In this document: in pieces, positions 50,452-58,162 of the stretch | Layout: every line of letters begins with the position of its first letter | How positions within the stretch are numbered: the stretch's first letter is position 1 | From: a virus | IMG/VR virus record: IMGVR_UViG_3300044568_004391 | Span: 1-64,000 of that record | Direction: 5' to 3' (one strand) | Length of the DNA: 64,000 nt | Made by a program: the position numbers and the translations under genes | Notes under the pieces: model-generated | What the model was told of the DNA's origin: nothing | The model's database searches: none | What the model saw: the letters and a program-made list of their open reading frames with translations, nothing else

Positions 50452-50849
50452 GAGAGTTAGATAAGGTTCCTTACGATGAGGAAACCGGCAAATTTTATAA
50501 ACATTTACTTACCTACGCATCAGAGGTTGGATCCATCAAGTTCGAGGTTCAAGATGTTTCGTTATGGAAAAGGAATGAATTGGAAAAGGTTAAGAACGTA
50601 TTCCAACAAGATCTCGTCGAGATAAATGAAAAAATTCAAAGATTAATGGATGATATTGTGTTGAATGATATGATCTATTCGAGCAATATGAACTTCGAGC
50701 CCATAGTCGGTCACACTTATCACCTTTATGAGAATAAAAAAGGTGAAAAATTTCTATCACTTATTGAACCGGAATTGTGGAATATGCCGTATCTTGGCAC
50801 CTACAAACTAAATTCAGACAGGAAATGGGTTTCAATAAAAAATTCTTGA
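50448..50849 (+). CDS. DUF2452-like protein
   Basis: FEPIVGHTYHLY...FLSLIEP..W. Confidence 0.7.
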   Translation: MRELDKVPYDEETGKFYKHLLTYASEVGSIKFEVQDVSLWKRNELEKVKNVFQQDLVEINEKIQRLMDDIVLNDMIYSSNMNFEPIVGHTYHLYENKKGEKFLSLIEPELWNMPYLGTYKLNSDRKWVSIKNS

Positions 50850-50983
50850 GTGAAGCGTCAATCAAGTCGAGGTTAGAGATGGGTATGAAATTAGAAAAAA
50901 TATTCCATGCCGACTGCTTGATTTTCACAGATGAATATTCCTATAATTTGTATGAGAACTACATTAATAACAAATGGGTATGA
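50825..50983 (+). CDS. small hypothetical protein
   Basis: MGFNKKFL start at 50825. Confidence 0.5.
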   Translation: MGFNKKFLSEASIKSRLEMGMKLEKIFHADCLIFTDEYSYNLYENYINNKWV

Positions 50984-51171
50984 ACTACGATAAAAAGTTG
51001 ATCAAAAAGTTGACAAGACCAATTCATATCACTTATATTAGTGACGTATATTTCAAAAACAATATGGATTTAGCTAGAAAAGAGATTCAATCAATGATCG
51101 ATGACGGACTTGTGGTTGAATCCAAATATGGAAAAGACTACTATGTATTAACGGCGAAGACAGATGGATAA
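50974..51171 (+). CDS. small hypothetical protein
   Basis: Operonic overlap with neighbours. Confidence 0.55.
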   Translation: MGMNYDKKLIKKLTRPIHITYISDVYFKNNMDLARKEIQSMIDDGLVVESKYGKDYYVLTAKTDG

Positions 51172-51400
51172 TAAAGAAATGGTGAATCACCCGAATCATT
51201 ATGGGGGTGAAAATAACATATACGAAGCGATTAAGGTCATAGACGCTTGGGAGTTGGGGTTCTCTTTGGGTAATACAGTAAAGTACATCTCAAGAGCGGG
51301 GAAGAAGAATTCTGACAAAGAATTAGAAGACCTTAAAAAAGCAAAATGGTATTTGGATCACCATATAAAAAACTTAGAAACCAAATTAAACAATCAATAA
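51164..51400 (+). CDS. DUF3310 family protein
   Basis: VNHPNHY, GN.VKYI.RAGKK, EDLKKA.WYL. Confidence 0.85.
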   Translation: MDNKEMVNHPNHYGGENNIYEAIKVIDAWELGFSLGNTVKYISRAGKKNSDKELEDLKKAKWYLDHHIKNLETKLNNQ

Positions 51401-51451
51401 AACCTATATAATTATTAGTTGTAATAAACCAAAAAAAAACAAGTAAAAAAA

Positions 51452-51658
51452 ATGAAAAACCTTCTTTTGATGGCTGCGATTCTTGGACTTGTATCATGTG
51501 GAACCGAAACAACTTGCGATTGTTCACCCGAATGCGCGGCGAAATGCCACGGGGATTCAGTCGTCGTTGACTCTGTCTCTTTGGACACCACAGGTATTGA
51601 GAACGTTGAAGAGCTCTTGGACACGTTGGAGACACTTCCAGCAGCGACACCCGAATAA
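51452..51658 (+). CDS. small lipoprotein
   Basis: MKNLLLMAAILGLVS-C lipobox; followed by a terminator. Confidence 0.7.
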   Translation: MKNLLLMAAILGLVSCGTETTCDCSPECAAKCHGDSVVVDSVSLDTTGIENVEELLDTLETLPAATPE

Positions 51659-51683
51659 TTTTTAACCATTCGGAAAAATTAAT

Positions 51684-51714
51684 TGAGGAGACCTTTTGGT
51701 TTCCTCATTTTTTT
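51684..51714 (+). terminator. intrinsic terminator overlapping the next promoter
   Basis: tgaggagacc-tttt-ggtttcctca plus T7. Confidence 0.75.
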
Positions 51715-51725
51715 GCTTATCTTTG
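51695..51725 (+). promoter_or_regulatory. Bacteroidota-type promoter
   Basis: TTTG-N19-TATCTTTG. Confidence 0.65.
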
Positions 51726-51745
51726 TGGTATCAAAAAACACACCC

Positions 51746-51982
51746 ATGATGACAATCGCTGAGATGCTTGCAGTTCAAAACCCGATGAAGTGGTCTGCAT
51801 TGGAAAACCCGATTGAACTCAGTCAGGTTTATATCAAATACGCTAGTCGGTGGGTAAATATGTCCGAGATCGAACGACTCATCGATCAGGAAACACCTGA
51901 AGAGTTCGAGTTCATTTTCACACGATCCGAAGACAAAGCAATCGTTGAGACCGTGATTGATATTTGGTCAACACTCAACTGA
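51746..51982 (+). CDS. hypothetical protein
   Basis: ATG at 51746 downstream of the promoter. Confidence 0.6.
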   Translation: MMTIAEMLAVQNPMKWSALENPIELSQVYIKYASRWVNMSEIERLIDQETPEEFEFIFTRSEDKAIVETVIDIWSTLN

Positions 51983-51993
51983 GTATAGATCGA

Positions 51994-52305
51994 TCACATG
52001 AAGTGTCTTTTAATCTTCTCGTGACTATATTCCATAATGACCTTCCTTACTTTGGGGAGGTCATTTTCATTTAGTTTCATTTTCTTGTTCAGATAATCAA
52101 TCATGTGAACTGTATCTGAATCCACGATTGTGTATTCGGATAAACCGATAGGTTTACTGGTGAAAGACTTCTTAGCTCTATCAAACCAAACCATAGAAAG
52201 GTTGGGAGATTCCAACTCTTCAAAAAACACACAATATCGTTGATCCTGTCTTTCAACGAAAACATTAAACTTTTCATCCAAGATTTTTATAATAGACTTC
52301 TTCAT
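51994..52305 (-). CDS. hypothetical protein
   Basis: 103-aa ORF starting MKKSIIKILDE. Confidence 0.55.
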   Translation of the reverse strand: MKKSIIKILDEKFNVFVERQDQRYCVFFEELESPNLSMVWFDRAKKSFTSKPIGLSEYTIVDSDTVHMIDYLNKKMKLNENDLPKVRKVIMEYSHEKIKRHFM

Positions 52306-52340
52306 ATTTATAAAATATAGTTTATTTAATATTTATCAAC

Positions 52341-52790
52341 ATGAAAATTTTAGATATCTTAAAAAGATTGATCAAGGAATATATTCATCCTGATGCTTCA
52401 GTTATATATGAAACAAAACTTAAAGGTAAGGATTTTATATTTTACGATAGTCCACACTTATATGAGATCAGAAAAGATTTTGGAACGGTTAGATTAAAAG
52501 ATATGTCATTGTTAATAGATATATGTAAGAGTACCGTGTTCAAGCTTTATACTCAGTACTATAGGATGAACAAACACTATAGAGAGATTGACGAGTACGA
52601 CCCCAAAAAAATCAGATTTGGAGTTGTAAAGAAGTTTGAAAATAAGGACGTGATGGTGATCATGCAGATTGAGAAGTTTGATAGAAAGGAGGGATTTATC
52701 ATCGTGGTGATAACAATCTTTGATGAGGAGGGTATAACACCAAGATCTTTGGAAAGAAATTATAATACAAGATTTTTCTTGGAAGTTTAA
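52341..52790 (+). CDS. hypothetical protein with ILKRLIKE leader
   Basis: Follows TATTTAT. Confidence 0.6.
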   Translation: MKILDILKRLIKEYIHPDASVIYETKLKGKDFIFYDSPHLYEIRKDFGTVRLKDMSLLIDICKSTVFKLYTQYYRMNKHYREIDEYDPKKIRFGVVKKFENKDVMVIMQIEKFDRKEGFIIVVITIFDEEGITPRSLERNYNTRFFLEV

Positions 52791-52809
52791 GAAAAACGCC
52801 TTATATTTG
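52778..52809 (+). promoter_or_regulatory. Bacteroidota-type promoter of ncRNA copy 1
   Basis: CTTG-N20-TATATTTG. Confidence 0.7.
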
Positions 52810-52814
52810 TACTG

Positions 52815-52949
52815 TTAACGATGGTTAACTGGTCGTCGGGAGTTTAAATCATTCGTACCGAGACGAGATTATAAAGGATGATTAAAGGTTGATGTACCTC
52901 GATCGGGATGATCAAAAACATTAAAGGACCTTCGGGTCCTTTTTTTTTT
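52815..52949 (+). ncRNA. novel structured pseudoknotted ncRNA, copy 1
   Basis: Own promoter and terminator, no long ORF, stems covary with copy 2. Confidence 0.75.
52923..52949 (+). terminator. intrinsic terminator with cUUCGg loop
   Basis: aaaggacc-ttcg-ggtccttt plus T run. Confidence 0.9.
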
Positions 52950-52957
52950 ATGTGTTT

Positions 52958-52989
52958 TTTGGAAGTTTAAGAAAAACGCCTTATATTTG
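52958..52989 (+). promoter_or_regulatory. Bacteroidota-type promoter of ncRNA copy 2
   Basis: TTTG-N20-TATATTTG. Confidence 0.75.
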
Positions 52990-52994
52990 TACTG

Positions 52995-53181
52995 TTAACG
53001 ATGGTTGACTGGTCGCCAGGAGTCTGATTGTCTGTACTGGGACGAGATTATAAAAGATGATCATCGGATATTGAGTTAATCCGTACAATCTCAACGTCAA
53101 GAACCTGGCGATTAGGTTCAGGGGTGATGTACCTCAATCCGATCGGATGGAACACATCGAAGGACCTTCGGGTCCTTTTTT
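52995..53181 (+). ncRNA. novel structured pseudoknotted ncRNA, copy 2 (with ~55-nt structured insert)
   Basis: Same core as copy 1 with compensatory changes; own promoter and terminator. Confidence 0.75.
53160..53181 (+). terminator. intrinsic terminator with cUUCGg loop
   Basis: aaggacc-ttcg-ggtcctt plus Ts. Confidence 0.9.
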
Positions 53182-53185
53182 CGTT

Positions 53186-53217
53186 TTTGGAAATTTAAAA
53201 ACTTCGCTTTATATTTG
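53186..53217 (+). promoter_or_regulatory. Bacteroidota-type promoter
   Basis: TTTG-N20-TATATTTG, related to the ncRNA promoters. Confidence 0.7.
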
Positions 53218-53238
53218 TCCTATAAATCCTTTTCACTC

Positions 53239-53358
53239 ATGACAAAAGCACAAGTTAAAATGATGATCGAAATGTCGGATCCTGATTTCGTTTACACGAT
53301 GTTGTTGGATCAGGAATTGGATGATCTTGCGGATTGGGTTGCGGACGAATATTTTTAA
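53239..53358 (+). CDS. 39-aa acidic protein (not in ORF track)
   Basis: MTKAQVKMMIEMSDPDFVYTMLLDQELDDLADWVADEYF, first ORF after the promoter. Confidence 0.6.
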   Translation: MTKAQVKMMIEMSDPDFVYTMLLDQELDDLADWVADEYF

Positions 53359-53359
53359 A

Positions 53360-53803
53360 ATGGAATGGACACACTATTTTCTCCAAATTGCGGAGACAGT
53401 TAAACTAAAATCAAAAGACCAACGCACACAGATAGGTGCGGTCATAGTTGGCGAGGATAATGAGATTGTATCCACGGGGTACAACTCATTTCCTCGTGGT
53501 ATTAATGATGATATTCAAGAACGACAAGAAAGACCCGAAAAATATTATTGGGTGGTTCATGCGGAAATGAATGCAATATTGAATGCTGCTCGTATTGGTA
53601 TGTCCACAAAAGATTGTACGATGTATCTTACTTGTGGTGTGCCGTGTTCAGATTGTTGCAGGGGAATAATTAACTCAGGAATCAAAAGAATATTTGTGAA
53701 GAGGGAAGACACCACCCGTAACCGTGAACATTGGGATGCTCACGCTGCTCGATCACGTGTGATGTTTGAAGAGAGTGGTGTCCAAGTTTGTTTTTACGAG
53801 TGA
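53360..53803 (+). CDS. dCMP deaminase (ComEB-like)
   Basis: GYN..PRG, HAEMNA, PCSDC; ATG at 53360. Confidence 0.9.
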   Translation: MEWTHYFLQIAETVKLKSKDQRTQIGAVIVGEDNEIVSTGYNSFPRGINDDIQERQERPEKYYWVVHAEMNAILNAARIGMSTKDCTMYLTCGVPCSDCCRGIINSGIKRIFVKREDTTRNREHWDAHAARSRVMFEESGVQVCFYE

Positions 53804-53822
53804 AATTTACTATTTTCTCAGC

Positions 53823-54413
53823 ATGAAAAATTACACAGATAAGGATGTCATCAGCATTCTTGAAAACAACTTTATATCACAACTGTCGAATACAGAATAT
53901 GGTAAAATGATTCAATGTGCTGCGGAAGAATACATCGAACATAGAGTCAATCAAATTGCGGGGGAACCTATTTTGGTAAATGTAACTGACTCCAAAGAGT
54001 TGATGGAAGAATTTCACTATCAAAACAACGGACCAGGTTTCGACAGACTAACCAAGAACGGTAAAAAAATCCAAATCAAATTCAGACAAGTCGATGGTAA
54101 TACACCATACACCAGACAAACTCACTTCTCAAATACAAGGAGACATAGCAAGAAAAACAAAGGGAATGGTGATCAAACCGGTATGATTGCTTATCGTAAT
54201 GATGAGTTTGATTTTGTTTTGGTCATTCTGTGTCATATCAAAGATGGGGTTAGAAAAAACTACAAAGAATGGTCATTTTCTCTAATACCTGTTGATGAAT
54301 TGGTAGATGTTAACAATAGTCCATTTTTACTTGCGAGTATACCTTCAGATAGACTTTACAAATACAAATGTGATGATATTTATATGTTAACAACAAAACT
54401 CAAGGAACTATGA
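53823..54413 (+). CDS. putative PD-(D/E)XK restriction endonuclease
   Basis: AE(E), PGFD...KIQIK, FDFVL; ATGA overlap with the MTase gene. Confidence 0.5.
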   Translation: MKNYTDKDVISILENNFISQLSNTEYGKMIQCAAEEYIEHRVNQIAGEPILVNVTDSKELMEEFHYQNNGPGFDRLTKNGKKIQIKFRQVDGNTPYTRQTHFSNTRRHSKKNKGNGDQTGMIAYRNDEFDFVLVILCHIKDGVRKNYKEWSFSLIPVDELVDVNNSPFLLASIPSDRLYKYKCDDIYMLTTKLKEL

Positions 54414-55336
54414 ACCAATATATCGTAGGTGATAATATAAACGAATTAATTCGATTAAGGGAGAATAGTTCTATTGTGGATTTGATCTACTTCGATCCAC
54501 CATATAACACAGGAAGAGATTTCGACGATTTCAATGATAAGTACGAAACATATCAATCCTATCGAGAAGATTTTATCAAACCGAGGTTGGAGATTATGAT
54601 TGATTTACTTTCAGATAATGGTGTTATAGTTGTACATGTCGAACCATCGGTTTCTCACCATATCAGAATAGCATTGGATGACGTTTTCGGTGAGAAAAAC
54701 TTTGTCAACGAAATTGTATGGAAAAGCGGTGGGAACAAGAAGTCCACAAAGAAGTTGATGAGATTTCATGACACCATCATCGTTTATTCCAAGAAATCCA
54801 AATACACCTATAATCCTCAATACCTTCCTTATGACGAGGATTACAGAAAAACTAATACCATCAAAAAGGATGATAAAGGTGAATACACGACATCGGCCGC
54901 TCACAACTCACAACCTAATGTAGTCAAAAGACCAAATTTAAGGTATGAGTGGAACGGACACCACAAACAATGGTGGTGGTCTGAAGAAAGAATGAGAGAA
55001 TTACACTCACAGGATAGATTGGAATACAATGAAAACGGAGTGCCAAGGGTAAAAAAATACTTGAAAGAAATGGACGGTATTCCCGTAAGAGATTTGTGGC
55101 TGGATATAAATCAAATACAGGGTAATGAAAAGCTTGATTATGCAACTCAGAAACCAGTCAAGTTACTCGAAAGGATTGTAAAGATGTTTTCAAACGAAGG
55201 TGATTTGGTCTTGGATCCATTTGCAGGTTCAGGAACCACAGGAAGAGCTTGTATTAATACCAAAAGGAATTACATCATGTTGGACATAAATCCGAAGGGT
55301 AGGGAGATATTCGAAGAATCTATAAAATCAAATTAG
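54410..55336 (+). CDS. beta-class N6/N4 DNA methyltransferase
   Basis: DLIYFDPPY, NEIVW, TQKP..LLERI, LDPFAGSGTT. Confidence 0.9.
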   Translation: MNQYIVGDNINELIRLRENSSIVDLIYFDPPYNTGRDFDDFNDKYETYQSYREDFIKPRLEIMIDLLSDNGVIVVHVEPSVSHHIRIALDDVFGEKNFVNEIVWKSGGNKKSTKKLMRFHDTIIVYSKKSKYTYNPQYLPYDEDYRKTNTIKKDDKGEYTTSAAHNSQPNVVKRPNLRYEWNGHHKQWWWSEERMRELHSQDRLEYNENGVPRVKKYLKEMDGIPVRDLWLDINQIQGNEKLDYATQKPVKLLERIVKMFSNEGDLVLDPFAGSGTTGRACINTKRNYIMLDINPKGREIFEESIKSN

Positions 55337-55384
55337 CTGAATTTATTTTAGAAATCATCAAACACGGAAGTATATGAACTTAAC

Positions 55385-55428
55385 AAAGTTTTGTTTTAGG
55401 ACAAAACTTAATTATCTTTGTAATCATG
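55385..55428 (+). promoter_or_regulatory. promoter/stem-loop element, copy A
   Basis: aagttttgt-N6-acaaaactt inverted repeat overlapping TTTG-N19-TATCTTTG; ATG 5 nt downstream. Confidence 0.75.
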
Positions 55429-56904
55429 GGAACTCAAGAACTCTATAAGTCAGTCAACGAGAAAGACGTTGAAAATCTCTATCGTCACACCTTGATGAAG
55501 AAATTCAAGGATATGGAGATCACATCACCTTTTGGGTGTGACGGATTTGCAGTATCCAAACAACATAAGATCCGTACTCTTCTTGAGTTCAAAGATGACT
55601 TGAACTTGAATTCGAAATTGGAACAGTCCAAAGTTTTGGCTCAGGCAATCTACTACGTCAAAAAGTTTTACGATAAGGGTCAAATTCCTCCTTCCACAAT
55701 CTTTGTTGGTGATCGTAATGAATGTTTGGCTCTTCACGTCAACAGTCTTTTGAAATACCTTGAGATGGATTTGGATTGGTCGATTGCACCATCTTCCGCT
55801 CACAAAAATGTGGAACTGATTTCCATGTTGATGGATGACCAAGAAGTTTGTCCATTTGTATTCAACTCAGATCACTTCGAACAGTGTATCGACAAGATCA
55901 AAGACCTTACGGATAACATTCAACGTAAAGTAATTGTAACCGATAAAAATATCACTGAGGTCTTTCGTTATTTTGAGGAAAAGATCCTGACCAAAACTTG
56001 TAAACTCTCAACCAACGAGAAGGCAAACCTCTTTGTTCAGCTCTTAGTGAACAACGTAGACAACTATCTCCATCCGTTCGATAAAAGGAAGATGGTTGTA
56101 ACCAAGAGTTTCGGTGAGATTCCTATCGTGTCTCGTGAATCCTTTGTTTCTTTCTTTTCTCACTTTGCGTCTTCGTACTCTCCATCTCAAAAACATAAAT
56201 TGACCGCTGTGGTTGACCGAATTGTTGAGGATGTAACTCGTCGTAAACAAGGTGAGTTCTTCACACCGGCAATTTGGGTTGACAAAGCTCACGAGTACAT
56301 CGCTTCTGTATATGGTGACGATTGGAAAGAAAAGTATGTCGTTTGGGATCCTGCATGGGGAACAGGTAATCTGACCCGTGACTATAAGTTTAAGGAACTG
56401 TACGCTTCAACCTTGAATCAATCTGACATCGATACTGCTAATCAGATGGGGTACAATCCTGAAGCGATGAAGTTTCAGTACGATTTCTTGAATGATGACT
56501 ACGAAAAACTTCCTAAAGGACTTAGGGTTGCTATTGAGGAAGGTCGTCAAATCATTGTGTTGATGAATCCGCCTTATGGTCGAGCATCGAATGGTCGTAT
56601 TGCCGATGGTTCATCGAGAACGGGTATTGCTATGACGAGTTTGCGTGATGAAATGTTGAACGAAGATTATGGTAAATCTGTTCAACAACTTTACACACAA
56701 TTCATGTATAAGTGTAAAAAATATGGTATGAATATTTGTATGTTCTCAAAACCTAATTTCGCAACTGCACCATCATTTGATAAATTTAGAAAAAACTTTA
56801 TGTTAGAGTATGACTTTAGTGGTGGTTTTGTAATGGACGCTTCTGAATTCGCTGACGTAAAATCTTGGCCTTTAACCTTTACTATTTTATCGTTTAAGAA
56901 ATAA
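55426..56904 (+). CDS. fused nuclease plus gamma-class N6-adenine MTase (Type IIG/IIB-like RM subunit)
   Basis: N-terminal E...CDG...LLEFK...QA..Y; GEFFTP, WDPAWGTGNL, MNPPY. Confidence 0.8.
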   Translation: MGTQELYKSVNEKDVENLYRHTLMKKFKDMEITSPFGCDGFAVSKQHKIRTLLEFKDDLNLNSKLEQSKVLAQAIYYVKKFYDKGQIPPSTIFVGDRNECLALHVNSLLKYLEMDLDWSIAPSSAHKNVELISMLMDDQEVCPFVFNSDHFEQCIDKIKDLTDNIQRKVIVTDKNITEVFRYFEEKILTKTCKLSTNEKANLFVQLLVNNVDNYLHPFDKRKMVVTKSFGEIPIVSRESFVSFFSHFASSYSPSQKHKLTAVVDRIVEDVTRRKQGEFFTPAIWVDKAHEYIASVYGDDWKEKYVVWDPAWGTGNLTRDYKFKELYASTLNQSDIDTANQMGYNPEAMKFQYDFLNDDYEKLPKGLRVAIEEGRQIIVLMNPPYGRASNGRIADGSSRTGIAMTSLRDEMLNEDYGKSVQQLYTQFMYKCKKYGMNICMFSKPNFATAPSFDKFRKNFMLEYDFSGGFVMDASEFADVKSWPLTFTILSFKK

Positions 56905-56937
56905 ATTGTATATTTGTATTAACAAAAAGAATAAATT

Positions 56938-57846
56938 ATGTTTGATTACGACATCTTAAAGGTTAATGACTTTAACATTCAAAAAGAAGGGGTTAAGAAA
57001 TATTACAGTACTGATGGTTTACGAACTATTAAAGAATGGTATAAAGATGAGGATAGTCCTTCAATAGATTTCCCTGGTTGTTCTAGTGTGTTTAATTTGA
57101 CCAAATCAAATAAATCAACAATTAGAGAGAATAGTGTTGGGTATTTTTATTCTGATAGTAATTCAGTTGAAAAAAACTCACTGAATGTCGGGTTATTTAC
57201 TATGGGGTTTTCTCATGGTCAGGGTAATTCGGTAACTAAGAATAACTTTGTTAAAGTTACCGCATCATTTTCTGCTCGTAGACTCATAGTTCCAAATTGG
57301 ATTAATGAAAAAGACGAATATCTTTGGCCAAATGAAGTTCATGAACAATTTGAACAATTTAATTACGATTCATTGGTTTATTCACTATTTAACAATGCGT
57401 CATATCAATCATCTCTTCGTCAAGTAACCTACAAAGGTAAATTGTGGGATATCAAGAACGAGTTCTTTTGGATGTCCGCAGAACGGATGAAGGAGTTGGC
57501 TGACAACAACGGGTATGATAATCTTTACAACGACGCAAGGACTTCACCCAACCGTCACGTTTACAACCTGTTGTTTGGTGAGGAAAGGATCTACGATAAA
57601 CTCTCTCCTGATGCCAAAGCTGTCTTGGACAAAGCAACAGAACTCGTGGAGAAGTCTATCAAGATGAGGATGATCATGTCCAACGATGAGAACCACCTTG
57701 ACTCATGGGATGCAGGATATGCTCAACTAAAACTTGTTTGGAAGGAGTACTTCTCTGATGACTTCAAGGAGTTCCGTCAACTTTACAAGAATATGGAAGA
57801 CCGCATGAGACCTTTGGTTTACGAACTAGGTTTCCTTATGAAGTGA
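56938..57846 (+). CDS. putative specificity/C-terminal subunit of the preceding RM enzyme
   Basis: 33 nt after the MTase stop; TATATTTG at 56909-56916; inferred from position. Confidence 0.5.
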   Translation: MFDYDILKVNDFNIQKEGVKKYYSTDGLRTIKEWYKDEDSPSIDFPGCSSVFNLTKSNKSTIRENSVGYFYSDSNSVEKNSLNVGLFTMGFSHGQGNSVTKNNFVKVTASFSARRLIVPNWINEKDEYLWPNEVHEQFEQFNYDSLVYSLFNNASYQSSLRQVTYKGKLWDIKNEFFWMSAERMKELADNNGYDNLYNDARTSPNRHVYNLLFGEERIYDKLSPDAKAVLDKATELVEKSIKMRMIMSNDENHLDSWDAGYAQLKLVWKEYFSDDFKEFRQLYKNMEDRMRPLVYELGFLMK

Positions 57847-57860
57847 TATAAAAACCAAAG

Positions 57861-57904
57861 AAAGTTTTGTTTTACGACAAAACTTTTTTATCTTTGTAGT
57901 TATG
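57861..57904 (+). promoter_or_regulatory. promoter/stem-loop element, copy B
   Basis: 39/44 nt identical to 55385-55428. Confidence 0.75.
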
Positions 57905-58162
57905 AAAACTATCACAGAAAAAACGCTGAAGAAATTTGGATTTCAGAAGGAGGAAAGTTATGACACTAACGACGGGGTTCCTGACTTTTACTATTACACC
58001 TTGGATATTGGAAGTCTTTCTTTGATTACCAATACGGATGATATGGCAAAAACTGATGGTTGGATTGTTGAAATCTTTGATCACGGTGACTTTACCGTTT
58101 GTCACAAGAAAGAACTGAAGAAACTTATCAACTCACTTTATTGTATTTTGGACGTAGAATGA
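57902..58162 (+). CDS. hypothetical protein
   Basis: ITEK.L.KFGF start; follows promoter. Confidence 0.6.
   Translation: MKTITEKTLKKFGFQKEESYDTNDGVPDFYYYTLDIGSLSLITNTDDMAKTDGWIVEIFDHGDFTVCHKKELKKLINSLYCILDVE

Larger units (their letters stand above)
52779..53006 (+). repeat. 48-bp exact direct repeat, 180-bp spacing (promoter plus 5' end of the ncRNAs)
   Basis: ttggaagtttaagaaaaacgccttatatttgtactgttaacgatggtt at 52779-52826 and 52959-53006. Confidence 0.95.

Noticed and set aside
51333-51669. Overlapping alternative ORFs around the lipoprotein gene
   Set aside because: Only 51452-51658 has an A-rich leader, a lipobox and a downstream terminator
52815-53181. tRNA, tmRNA, hammerhead or riboswitch identity for the ncRNAs
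   Set aside because: No T-loop or CCA end, no CUGAUGA/GAAA core, and each unit has a self-contained terminator with a new promoter downstream
52779-53220. CRISPR mini-array reading of the 48-bp repeat
   Set aside because: The repeat is a promoter, the intervening sequences are long and homologous to each other and end in terminators, and no cas operon is present
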